Shown one piece after another: positions 44,867-54,600 of a DNA stretch of 64,000 bases. Source of the stretch: Polyangiaceae bacterium. Its GTDB lineage: Bacteria; Myxococcota_A; Polyangia; Polyangiales; Polyangiaceae. The translations under genes and the position numbers were made by a program. Within the stretch, counting starts at the first letter, position 1. Every line of letters begins with the position of its first letter. The notes beneath the pieces are model-generated. The model was not told where the DNA came from, did no database searches, and was given only the letters and a program-made list of their open reading frames with translations. The stretch is from assembly GCA_044376115.1 (NCBI GenBank), contig JBILLK010000020.1:138777-202776 (forward strand). The letters are read 5' to 3'.

Positions 44867-47688
44867 CGGCTTTGCGGCCTTGTTTTGGCTTGGTGATGAT
44901 TGCTGATCGCCGCACAAATTCGATTGGCCTCGAGAGCGTTGTCGAACGCAAGCTGGCCACCCTGGATCTTGTCCAGCATCGGGCCAAAGGCAGCTCGCAA
45001 CTCAGCCTCGAGGCCAACGTCACAAAGCTGTGCGCCAACGCCCGCGAGGCGATCCCGCGCCCCCTCTGGCAGCTTTGCGCTCACTTCGGCGAGACGCGGC
45101 CGGAGCGCAGCCCATGATGAGCGCGCATTTCGGCGCGATTCGAAGCCCGAGAACGCAAGGCGACCGAGCTCGTTGGCGCGCAGCGAGTCGGAGAGCAGGA
45201 GGCGGATTCGTTTGTCCGCTGCCTCTTTCCCCGGTGCTCGGCCGAGTGCCAAAAGGAGCACTCGCCGAACGATCGGATCATCGGTCAATTTGAGTTGCGC
45301 TACGGCATCATCAAACAAGCCACCATCCTCGACGCCGACGGCAATCACCGTCTCCAAGAGCTCCGGGTCGAAGCCCTTTACGCTCAACTTCTCCTCGCTG
45401 CGCAACATCGTTGTGGCCTTAGCCGTAGCGGCTTTGCGCAACGCAGGGTCGCGGGCGAGCTGCGTCATCACATAGAGCGCTTGAGCCCGCGTGAGCGAAT
45501 CCTTCTCCGGGTTGGCAGCACTGGCTTTATCGCCTGGCTTCTGCTCCCACCCCAACTTGCTCCAGATAGGCCTGTAGGCGGCCGCGACCTTTTGCTCGAA
45601 GGTCGCCCGCTGAGCACCATCGAGCAACGCTGCGGCAAACGAGAGGACGTCTACTCCGCCGAAGCGAACCGCATCAACGGGGTCATCAGCGAGCGCGAGC
45701 AGCGCCGCCACGGAGTCCTCGAGGCTCAAGCTCCCCGCTCGAAATCCCGAGCGGACGGCGTCAATCAGCGCTAGCCGTTCACGCGGAACGAGCTGCCGCT
45801 CGGCAACGCCCAACAAGCTATCCAAATCAGCCTTCGTCGGAGCCATTCGAACGTAGAACTCGCCACCATCGTTGGGCAGCATGAAGGAAGGACACTTCAT
45901 TGGCGTCTTGGGAGTGAGCGTCGCAGGCTCGCCCTTGGTCGCAACCAACTCGCACAACCTGCCTTCGGAGGTCTTGACGCACAGCGGGAAGGTCCACGCG
46001 CCCTTCGAACTGCCGGCTGAACCGAGCGGAAGGAACCTGGAGGCCTGCACCGTCACCGCGTCAAGCTTGTCCCCAGTGCACTGCTTCGCCAACTGCACGG
46101 TCGGGACGCCGGGCCGGTCGAGGAATTGCTTGAACGAATCCACCACAGCGGCGGGCTGCGAGAACAGCGCAGCTTCCAAGAACTGCTCGGTGGTCGCGTT
46201 GCTGAACCGATAGCTCTTCATGTACCGGCGTATCCCCTCCCGGAACGCGTCCTCTCCGGTAAAGCGCTCGAACATGGCAATCAACGCTCCACCCTTGCTG
46301 TAGGTGAGCGCGTCGAAGGCGCTGCCGATATCACCCTCGGTCTGGATCGGCTGCCGAATGACCCGGGCGCTTATCAGCGAATCGGCGTCCATCGCGCTCT
46401 GCGTAGAACCCTGAAATTCGAGATCCGTTTCCCAGCCAGGGTTGAGCTTTCGCACGATCTTCTCACCCAACCAGGTGGCGAAAGCTTCATTGAGCCAAAG
46501 GTCGTCCCACCACTTCATCGTCACTAGATTGCCAAACCATTGATGTGCAAACTCGTGCGCGGCCACATCGAAGATCGCGCGCCGTTGAGCCTCGGTGGCG
46601 GTGGCAGCGTCAAGCAACAGCAGTTGTTCACGGAACGTGACCGCGCCGGCGTTCTCCATCGCACCTGCGCCGAAATCAGGAACGGCCAAGACGTCCAACT
46701 TATCAAACGGATAGGGGATACCGAAGTAGCGCTCGAGCTCCTCTACAATCGGACCGCTTACCTTCAGCGCGTATTCGAGGTTCGCGCCCTTGCCCCGCAC
46801 TGCCACCCCCCGCAGCGGGATGGGTGATTTACGAAGGCTGTTCGCTGGGATGACGGCCTCGCGCAGGTCGAACGGGCCGACAGCCAATGCGATCAAATAG
46901 GTAGGCAGAGGCTCGGTCTCTGCAAACCGCAGGGTGTGCTGCGCGGCGCCGGACGGGGCATCGGAGAGTTGCCGCGTATTGGCAATTACGATGTGGTCTT
47001 TTGGTGCCGTGACGCTGACGGTGAAACGAGCTTTGAACCCCGGCTCATCGAAGCAGGGGAACGCACGCCGCGCGTCGAGCGCCTCGAACTGCGTGTACAC
47101 GTAGTCAAGGCCTCCAGCCTTTACGCGGTACAGGCCCGCGAGGTCAGGCGTAAACTGCCCCTTGTAGCGAATAGCGATGGTGTGTTCGCCGGCGTCCAAC
47201 GGGCTCTCGAACTCAATACGCAGTAGGCTCCCCGCCTCGGCGGTTAGCGCAACCGCGTTGCCAGCCGCTGAGACCAACTGGCCCTGGAGTTCAGTCAGCT
47301 CGCGCGCGTGAACGTAGAACGCCTTCGTTCGCTCCTTCAAGACCACCGTTAGCGTTGTCTGACCGCTGAACTCCTTTTGGCTTGGGTCGATGGTGAAATC
47401 CAACGCATAGGCTTTGGGAGCGACGAGCTCACTCAAGCGACCACCTTGCGGGGAAGCAACCACGCCAGCTGCTGAGGCGAGAATGGGCGTGGCCACTTGC
47501 TCCTGGAGCTCCTTCGTACAGTCGGTCAAAAGCAAACCGACCGCCAGCGCTGGCCACAACCAGCGCCTGGAGATCCTGCCTTCGGCGACGCGAGGCTCGC
47601 CCTCCTCAACCTGTTGAAGCGAGGGGCCATTGAACAGGCCAACCGGGCGGGACTCGATTATCATCCGTTCCACCATGCCCAACTTCAT
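44863..47688 (-). CDS. M1-family aminopeptidase with ERAP1-like C-terminus, probably exported
   Basis: YTQFE..DARRAFPCFDEP, GAMEN, HEFAH-x18-E and YSKG; hydrophobic segment plus Cys near the N-terminus; true start may be downstream. Confidence 0.94.
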   Translation of the reverse strand: MKLGMVERMIIESRPVGLFNGPSLQQVEEGEPRVAEGRISRRWLWPALAVGLLLTDCTKELQEQVATPILASAAGVVASPQGGRLSELVAPKAYALDFTIDPSQKEFSGQTTLTVVLKERTKAFYVHARELTELQGQLVSAAGNAVALTAEAGSLLRIEFESPLDAGEHTIAIRYKGQFTPDLAGLYRVKAGGLDYVYTQFEALDARRAFPCFDEPGFKARFTVSVTAPKDHIVIANTRQLSDAPSGAAQHTLRFAETEPLPTYLIALAVGPFDLREAVIPANSLRKSPIPLRGVAVRGKGANLEYALKVSGPIVEELERYFGIPYPFDKLDVLAVPDFGAGAMENAGAVTFREQLLLLDAATATEAQRRAIFDVAAHEFAHQWFGNLVTMKWWDDLWLNEAFATWLGEKIVRKLNPGWETDLEFQGSTQSAMDADSLISARVIRQPIQTEGDIGSAFDALTYSKGGALIAMFERFTGEDAFREGIRRYMKSYRFSNATTEQFLEAALFSQPAAVVDSFKQFLDRPGVPTVQLAKQCTGDKLDAVTVQASRFLPLGSAGSSKGAWTFPLCVKTSEGRLCELVATKGEPATLTPKTPMKCPSFMLPNDGGEFYVRMAPTKADLDSLLGVAERQLVPRERLALIDAVRSGFRAGSLSLEDSVAALLALADDPVDAVRFGGVDVLSFAAALLDGAQRATFEQKVAAAYRPIWSKLGWEQKPGDKASAANPEKDSLTRAQALYVMTQLARDPALRKAATAKATTMLRSEEKLSVKGFDPELLETVIAVGVEDGGLFDDAVAQLKLTDDPIVRRVLLLALGRAPGKEAADKRIRLLLSDSLRANELGRLAFSGFESRRNARSSWAALRPRLAEVSAKLPEGARDRLAGVGAQLCDVGLEAELRAAFGPMLDKIQGGQLAFDNALEANRICAAISNHHQAKTRPQSR

Positions 47689-47721
47689 GCAGCGCCGAAA
47701 GAAGGGATATTCTTGGGGTCC

Positions 47722-48243
47722 GTGCGCCGCCTAGCGCTGATTGTTTGCTTCTCGTCGGGTTGCGGCTCGGTCCAGAACCAGCTCGAAGTGGCTGACGCAT
47801 CGGTTGCCCGTGTGCGCGTGCAGGTCGTCTCCGAACGGCCAGCCACGCTTGTGGCAGACGGCTCCGGCCAGCAGTGTGTCTCGCCCTGCAAGGTGGAGCT
47901 GGCGGTTGACCAAGGCCCCTACTTCTTTCAATTGAAGGGCCTGCCAGATTCGCCGCGCTTCGAGGTGCCAGGGTCATCCGCGCCCCTTCAGCTCACGGTG
48001 CTCCCTGCCGCGCCAGTGCTGCCAGGGTTGGCAGCCGTCGTTGGCACCGTGGGCGCTGCTGGCACCGCCGTTGGGTTAACGGTGTTGCTGGGTGACCTGG
48101 CCGGTTTGACGAGTTTAGAGGGTCAGGCCTTACCGGGCGCGATCACCGCCGGCGCAAGCTCGTTTGTCCTCTCGGCTGGGCTGGTGATGTGGGCGCTCAC
48201 CGGCACTCACGTTCGCATCGAGAGGGCCGGTGTAGCGTTCTGA
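47722..48243 (+). CDS. Hypothetical exported/membrane protein (PEGA-like segment plus C-terminal TMs)
   Basis: GTG 47722; SSGC lipobox-like site; CVSPC; two hydrophobic C-terminal helices. Confidence 0.55.
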   Translation: MRRLALIVCFSSGCGSVQNQLEVADASVARVRVQVVSERPATLVADGSGQQCVSPCKVELAVDQGPYFFQLKGLPDSPRFEVPGSSAPLQLTVLPAAPVLPGLAAVVGTVGAAGTAVGLTVLLGDLAGLTSLEGQALPGAITAGASSFVLSAGLVMWALTGTHVRIERAGVAF

Positions 48244-48259
48244 CGATGATGGCTTTGCG

Positions 48260-49810
48260 CTATGCGGTAATGCGCCAAGCCGTGACACCGAGGCTATCGA
48301 GCAGTTCAATACCGTAGGAGAGCAGCTCATCGCGGAGGGCGTCACTGCGAGTGAAGTCCTTCGCTTTGCGTGCCTCCGCGCGCTGCTCAATCTTCTCGTT
48401 GATCTGCGCTTCGGTCAGGCCGCGCAGCGCAAGCCGCTGCTTCTGCGTTCGAGCCTTGTACTCCGACGGTAGGGCTCGCAACATTCCCAAGCGCTCCGCA
48501 AGATCGAACAACACCTTCGATAGGCGACTAGCGATGTAAGGCGCCTGCCTCGAAATCACGACGTCCTTGGCCTTCTTCTCCGCGAGGTCGCAGAGCTCGT
48601 TGCCCGCCTTCGCGACCTCACCAAGGATGGCTAGCGCAACTGGGGTATTGAGGTCGTCGTCGAGGGCGGCTTTCAGTCGCGCCATCGCTTCACTTGCCAA
48701 AGTTGCAAAGGCAGTGAGGCTGGGAGGAAGCGTCGTCAAGGTGCCGGGCTGCCCGCTCTCGGCGAGTACCTTGAGGCGCTCGACCGTCTTGTAGAGATAG
48801 TCCACGCGACGCTCGGCTTCGAGCACCCCGGGGAAGAGCACACGCCCGTCCTCGAGCTTCTCGGTGTCGAACGCGATCGGGCCGCGATAGTGAACGCCCA
48901 ATAGGAAATAGCGAAGCGCCTCCGGATCGTTGCGTTCGTAGACCTGGCGAATGGTGACGAAATTGCCGAGCGACTTCGCCATTTTCTCCTTGTCGACGTT
49001 GACGAAGCCGTTGTGGATCCAAAGCCGTGCGAAAGCCCCCTGACCGGGATGAGCCGCCTCGCTCTGGGCGATCTCGTTTTCGTGGTGCGGGAAGATGAGG
49101 TCCATCCCGCCTGCGTGCACGTCGAAGCCGTGACCCAGGTGCCGGTCGCTCATCGCGGAGCACTCGATATGCCAGCCGGGCCGACCGCGGCCCCACGGGC
49201 TATCCCAGCCCCAGGCGTCTGCGCTGCAGCCCTTCCAGAGCGCAAAGTCCATCGGGTCGTGCTTGGTCTCGTTCGCCTCGATACGCGCGCCAACCACGAG
49301 CTCTTCGATGTTGCGCTTGGAGAGCTTGCCGTAGCCAGTGAATGAGCGAACGGCGTAGTAGACGTCGCGGGTGCCGCTCGGCATCTCAACGGCGTACGCG
49401 GCGCCTCGCTTGATCAGCTCTTCAACCAGCGCAATGATCTCGGGGATGTGATCGCTCACCTTGGGCTCGACGTCGGGCACGACGCAACCAAGGGCGCTGA
49501 TGTCTTCTTGGTAAAGAAGCGCCATCCGCTGCGAGAGGCTTAGCGGCTCCTCGCCTCGCTCCTTGGAGCGATTGAGGATCTTGTCGTCGACGTCGGTGAT
49601 GTTACGAACGTACTTCACCGCGATGCCGTCAGCGCGCAGATGCCGAACAAGAATGTCCGGCGCCAGAGCCGCACGCGCGTGCCCGACGTGAGCGACGTCA
49701 TAGACGGTGGGACCGCAGCAGTAGACGGATACTTCGCCTGGAGTGCGAGGGATCAGCGGTTGGACTGACGCCGACAACGAATCGAAAAGGCGAAGCGATA
49801 GCTGAGACAT
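48260..49810 (-). CDS. cysS: Cysteine--tRNA ligase
   Basis: CGPTVY, HVGH, GRPGWHIEC, FPHHENE and KMAKS motifs. Confidence 0.97.
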   Translation of the reverse strand: MSQLSLRLFDSLSASVQPLIPRTPGEVSVYCCGPTVYDVAHVGHARAALAPDILVRHLRADGIAVKYVRNITDVDDKILNRSKERGEEPLSLSQRMALLYQEDISALGCVVPDVEPKVSDHIPEIIALVEELIKRGAAYAVEMPSGTRDVYYAVRSFTGYGKLSKRNIEELVVGARIEANETKHDPMDFALWKGCSADAWGWDSPWGRGRPGWHIECSAMSDRHLGHGFDVHAGGMDLIFPHHENEIAQSEAAHPGQGAFARLWIHNGFVNVDKEKMAKSLGNFVTIRQVYERNDPEALRYFLLGVHYRGPIAFDTEKLEDGRVLFPGVLEAERRVDYLYKTVERLKVLAESGQPGTLTTLPPSLTAFATLASEAMARLKAALDDDLNTPVALAILGEVAKAGNELCDLAEKKAKDVVISRQAPYIASRLSKVLFDLAERLGMLRALPSEYKARTQKQRLALRGLTEAQINEKIEQRAEARKAKDFTRSDALRDELLSYGIELLDSLGVTAWRITA

Positions 49811-49860
49811 GTTCCTCCGGTAACGCGATCAGACGCGGGCGTCACCATGGTCTGACGCCC

Positions 49861-50283
49861 CTATTTCGAGCGCGACGAGGGGCTCGTTCGAGCAGCGCTG
49901 GCCGAGGCTCGCGCGTCGGACTCCGCGGTCGTAAGGTAGTCGGGACAAAGCACGGGGAGCCGGCGAGCCGGGACGGGACTCACCCGCATGCAGGTCCGAC
50001 CCAGCAGTCGAATCGACTCTCCCAGCTCGAGATCCTTCGGACAGGCGAATCGCTCGGGGAGCTTCTCGGTCACGGAGCCGGAGCGCTCGATGAAGACTTC
50101 ACAGCGCTCACTGGTTCTCTCCATGAAAAAGTGGGGCGTCTTCGGGTCGACGACAGGTTGGTCGACGCTGTACTCAACATCAAACGGGCCTTGGCGCGGA
50201 CGGTTGTCACCGTCCCCGCAGGCAGCCGCGACGAAGAGCAGAGCAACGTTGCTGAGCGCCAAACCATGAGATTGCGCCGCCAC
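49861..50283 (-). CDS. Hypothetical Cys-containing lipoprotein
   Basis: GTG 50283 just after the mlaE stop; AAAC lipobox; four further Cys. Confidence 0.6.
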   Translation of the reverse strand: MAAQSHGLALSNVALLFVAAACGDGDNRPRQGPFDVEYSVDQPVVDPKTPHFFMERTSERCEVFIERSGSVTEKLPERFACPKDLELGESIRLLGRTCMRVSPVPARRLPVLCPDYLTTAESDARASASAARTSPSSRSK

Positions 50284-50285
50284 GC

Positions 50286-51116
50286 TCAGAAGCTTGCTGG
50301 CCAGATGAGGAAGGAGACCTTGGTGAGGAAGAAGTCGGCGACCAAAACGGCGATCGACGTTGTAACCACGGCCGAGGTGGTGGAGGTGCCGACTCCCTCG
50401 GTGCCGCCGCGCGTGATCAGGCCAAAATGACACCCGACGATCGCGATGATTGCGCCATAGAACGGCGTCTTGAACATGCCGCTGTAGATGTCGCGCAGCT
50501 GCACCGAGGAAAGTGCCGTCCGAAGAAAGAACTGGGCAGGAATACCGAACTCGAGATCGGTGATCATCATGGCGCCCGAGAAGCCGAGCACCAGCGCGAA
50601 GGAGCACAAGAGCGGCATCACGATCGTGCAGGCGAGCACGCGCGGTAACACCAGCTTCTTGAGCGGATCTGCACCCAAGCTTCGAATGGCGTCGATCTGT
50701 TCGGTCACGTTCATCGAGCCGAGCTCGGCAGCGATGCCGGCGGCGATGCGCCCCCCGACGATAACCGCGGTAAGTGTCGGCGCGAGCTCCCGCGAGAAAC
50801 TGATCGCCACGATGCGACCGGTGTACTCCATTCCGCCAAAGCGCTGCAGGCCGAAGGCAAACTGCACGGCCATCACCATGCCGACGAACACTGCTGTGAT
50901 CGCGGCAATCGAAAGCGATTTAACGCCCAGCGACTCGAACTGATAGAGCGTCGCCCCAAACTCGAAGGGACGCCGGAACATGGAGAGCCCTGCGCCCACG
51001 GTCATCCGGGAAGCATGGCCAAAGTGCGCGATGAACTGGGTGATCGCCCAGGGTTCACCCTTGGGCTTTGGCACGGCCACGACCGGCTTATTGGCTTTGG
51101 CAAGCTCGGTGGTCAC
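50286..51116 (-). CDS. mlaE: MlaE-family ABC transporter permease
   Basis: RELAPTLTA, GRI..GIAAELGSM.VTEQIDA, LVLPR and GGTEGVG; GTG 51116 overlaps the upstream stop. Confidence 0.92.
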   Translation of the reverse strand: MTTELAKANKPVVAVPKPKGEPWAITQFIAHFGHASRMTVGAGLSMFRRPFEFGATLYQFESLGVKSLSIAAITAVFVGMVMAVQFAFGLQRFGGMEYTGRIVAISFSRELAPTLTAVIVGGRIAAGIAAELGSMNVTEQIDAIRSLGADPLKKLVLPRVLACTIVMPLLCSFALVLGFSGAMMITDLEFGIPAQFFLRTALSSVQLRDIYSGMFKTPFYGAIIAIVGCHFGLITRGGTEGVGTSTTSAVVTTSIAVLVADFFLTKVSFLIWPASF

Positions 51117-51613
51117 GGGGACACCGAACGCGGAAGTGCTGAGAATTGCCGGGCCCATGCGTCGAAGCGTGGAGCGCCTAAGCTGTATTGCTCGGGCGGA
51201 GCAACGTAGAGAAGGTCGTAAACGCAGCGATCCTTCTTCAGGACCCAAACCAAGAAGCTGCGCGAGACGCCGTCGAGCTTTGCGGTGACTTCCGACCGCA
51301 GCGCCTCACGCCCGTCGAAGGGGAAGACCTCCTCTGAAACCGCTTCACGTTGGGTGAAGCGTAAGAAGAGGTGTTGTGTGAGCGATCGCAATGAAGCGTC
51401 ATCGCCATCTCGATCGCAGCGAGCGTTGACCAGAACCTGACCGTCGAAGTCCCGCTCTTCATAGGCCAACGCTGCACTGGTCACCGAAATAGGCTGCCAC
51501 TCGGCTGGAGGTTGCGCCACCGAGAAGGAGAACCCGTCACCGTGATAGATGCGCCCATCAAAGGACGCGCTGCACGAGACGAGCGCGAGCAGCAGCAGCG
51601 CCGCCGCGCGCAC
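51113..51613 (-). CDS. Hypothetical lipoprotein (PsbP/DcrB-like fold possible)
   Basis: LVSC lipobox; FDGREAL and CVYDLLY; GTG 51613. Confidence 0.7.
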   Translation of the reverse strand: MRAAALLLLALVSCSASFDGRIYHGDGFSFSVAQPPAEWQPISVTSAALAYEERDFDGQVLVNARCDRDGDDASLRSLTQHLFLRFTQREAVSEEVFPFDGREALRSEVTAKLDGVSRSFLVWVLKKDRCVYDLLYVAPPEQYSLGAPRFDAWARQFSALPRSVSP

Positions 51614-51629
51614 GCCCCAAGTTGCAGAG

Positions 51630-54600
51630 CTAGCCCAGCGAGCGAGCGCGTGCGTCAGCATAGGGGTCGGCCACCGAGAAGATCATGAGGTCACGTGCCT
51701 CGGCGTTGCGGCCGATCCAAGTCAAGCGGTCCTTTCCGCTGCTTGGCGGACCGTTGGCGTTTCCACCAGCCCAAGCAATCGCAGTCAGTGCGACGCTGGG
51801 ATTCCCCGTTGCGAGCAATCCCGCACGGGACCCCCAACCGTTGATCGCTGAATTCAGCGTCGAAGCGCGGTTACCGATCGTCCCAATCACGTCGGCAGCC
51901 AGTGTGGCAGTGTCAGCAGCCAAGCCCTCAGGGATGGCGCGCTGCAGACGATTGAGCGCTTCGGTGAATCGCGCCGCGTCGACGCCTTGCGGCGCAAAAT
52001 CACGGCTGAAAGCGCGCAGGTACGCAGCAAGCAGCGGCCATAGATCAATCGGAGCAGTTCGCGCAAAGACCGCAGCGTTCGCCTGGAGCACCTTGGTTGC
52101 GCGGTGAATCAGGAAGGTGCGTTCTGCCGACTCAGCCTGCTCCACCAACGTGTGGCCCATCACCAACGTGGGTGGATAGGCTCGTGCTGGTACGCAGACG
52201 GGGCCGAGCACCGACGACGAGAACACCTGGATCTTCGCCAGCCCGTAGGCCTCGGCGACCTCTCGAACTTCCGCGGCCAAGCTCGACTGGTTTGCGGGCA
52301 GAGCGCTCGCTCGAATGGCGTCCAGATCGTACGGGAAGGCCGTGTCCAACATCGGCCCAGTTCGAAGCAGGAGCTCACGAAATGCCGGCGTCATCACCTC
52401 AGGCGCGAGCAAATCGTCGATCGCTGCGTTGGCGGCGTGCAAGCCGACACCCGCGAGTTCGGACGGCCTGCCCTCGATGGCGTGGACCGTGGCGTTCGCT
52501 ACCTCAGCAGCCGCGGTTCGCCCGCGAAGTTCAGCGGCAGATCCCAACGTCTCAAAGAGGAAGGTCTCGAACCGCCCGGTGGCCAAAGCTCTTCTCGCAT
52601 CGGCGACCGCGCGATCGAGTAGGACCGAGGCGGCCGGCGCCTGGCCTGTGCGTTGATAGAACTGCACCAAAGCACGCAGCGCTAGATCGCTCTTTGGGAA
52701 GCTCTTGCGGGCGACGACGAGCGTGTTTTCGGCCTTCTTGACCTCGCCCATCTCCTCCATGATCTCGGCCAATTCTACGGTCCGAGCGCATTTGTCGTCG
52801 GGGCTCTCCGCGCCATTGACGAGAACGTTCTGTTCTTCGACGGCGCGAGCCTGGTTACCCGTTCGTCGATAGAGGGAGATCAACCGAGCGCGACCATTTT
52901 CATCCGCGGGGCGTCGCTTGAGGATTTCTTGGTAGGCCGCCTCGGCTCGATCGGGGTTCGCGAGAGGTTCATCGTAGAGTGCGCCAAGTCGGAAGTAGAT
53001 GTCGATCTGGCGATCCGGATCTGCGGTGAGTCGGGCCAATCGAATCAGGGATTGCTCCGCGCCCTCGTAGTCCCCTTCTTCCGAGCAAAGCTCGGCGAAC
53101 GACGAGAGAGCTTCCACGTGATCGGGGTTCGCATCGAGCGCCGCGGCAAGAGCTCGCTTTGCTGCTTGCGAGTCTCCGACCTCAGCCAGCGCGCGACCAC
53201 GCATGACTTCCATCTCTACGCGTTCCGCCGGGTCCTCGATCGCGGACAGCCGGCGAGCGAGCAACTCTGCGAGCTCACTTCGTGCGTTCGTCGCCGTGTA
53301 GATCGCTCGCAAACGATCGAACACTTCGGCGTAGTTCGGATCGAAGGCGCCTACGCGCTCGAGCGCTGCACGAGCACGGTCCTGTTCACCGAGCTTGTCT
53401 TGGAACAGGATTGCCGCTCGATAGTCGAGTTCAGCGCGCCACTCGGGCGATACCAGCTCACGCGCTGCCGCTTCCAAATGCTCGGTGGCCTCCGCGTAGG
53501 CCTCAGCGTTTTCGAGCGTCGACGCGAGCGAGAGGCGCGCCACGATGTGTTGCGGACAGGCTTCCACCGCTGCAACGAGCAGCTCACGCGCCGGTCCGAC
53601 CTCGCCCATTTGTGTCAGGGCTTCGGCTGCGCGCAGCGCGAGTGTGGCTTGCTCCGTCGGACGATCCGTGAGCGTCAAAAGCTCCTTCTCGCAAGCCGCG
53701 ACGAGGGCGTAATCCCGACGATTGCGTGCGTGAGCGCTCATTTGCCGAATCGCCCAGAGCGGACGAGGCTGTTGTGCATAGGCGATCGCCACCGGCTCGG
53801 AGGTCTGTTCCCACGCGGTACGCCAACGGAGCCGCGAGGCCAGCGCCGCGTAGGCTGCGGCCTCGCCACCTTCCAACGTGCGTGCGAGCTCCATGGCGAT
53901 CGGCTCGAGCTCATCTTCGCGACCACCGCTCATCAGCACCGAAGCAACACGCCGCAAGGTGCGCACGTGGGACGGGTTCTCCTCCAGGATCGTCCTTCGG
54001 AACAAGAGACCGCTTGCCGTGTCATCGCGCCCGCGTTCGTCGAGTTCCGCGAGGCGTTCATAGATCTCGAGGCGGAGGTTCGGGTTCTCGGTGCTCCGTG
54101 CCTCGGGCAACAAGGCGTCGATGAGCTCTGCGGTGCCATGGCCCGAGAGCGCGAAGCGATAGGAAGCAATCGGCGAAAGCTCCTTCTCGCCCAAGCTTTC
54201 AGCTAGGCGAGCGCAACGGGCGGCAGCGTCGAGGTCTCCGGTGCGTTCGTACTCGAGCGCTGCTTCCACCGCCAATCGACCTGCGTCGATCTTGCCCGCT
54301 TCGTCAGCGTTTGCGCCCTCGCTTGCGCGAGCTTCACGCCATTCAGCGCGATCACTGGGAGGCTCTGTTGACAAACGCTCGTACAGATCGCGCAGACCGC
54401 AGTCGTCGGGACGCGCGCGAAGCGCTTCCTCGAGCAGGGTTGAGGCCGTAACACTCTCGCCGTCGCTGATCAGCAGCGCTTCGCGAACGAGGTCATGGGC
54501 TCGCTCGATCGGATCGTCGCTGGCCTCTCGGCGGAAGCGGAGCCACTCCAAGAGTGCTTCTTGGTCTGCGCGCCCTCGCGCGCCTAGCTCGCCGAGATGG

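Noticed and set aside
52929..54206. 425-aa plus-strand ORF
   Set aside because: Shadow of the 1786-aa TPR gene.
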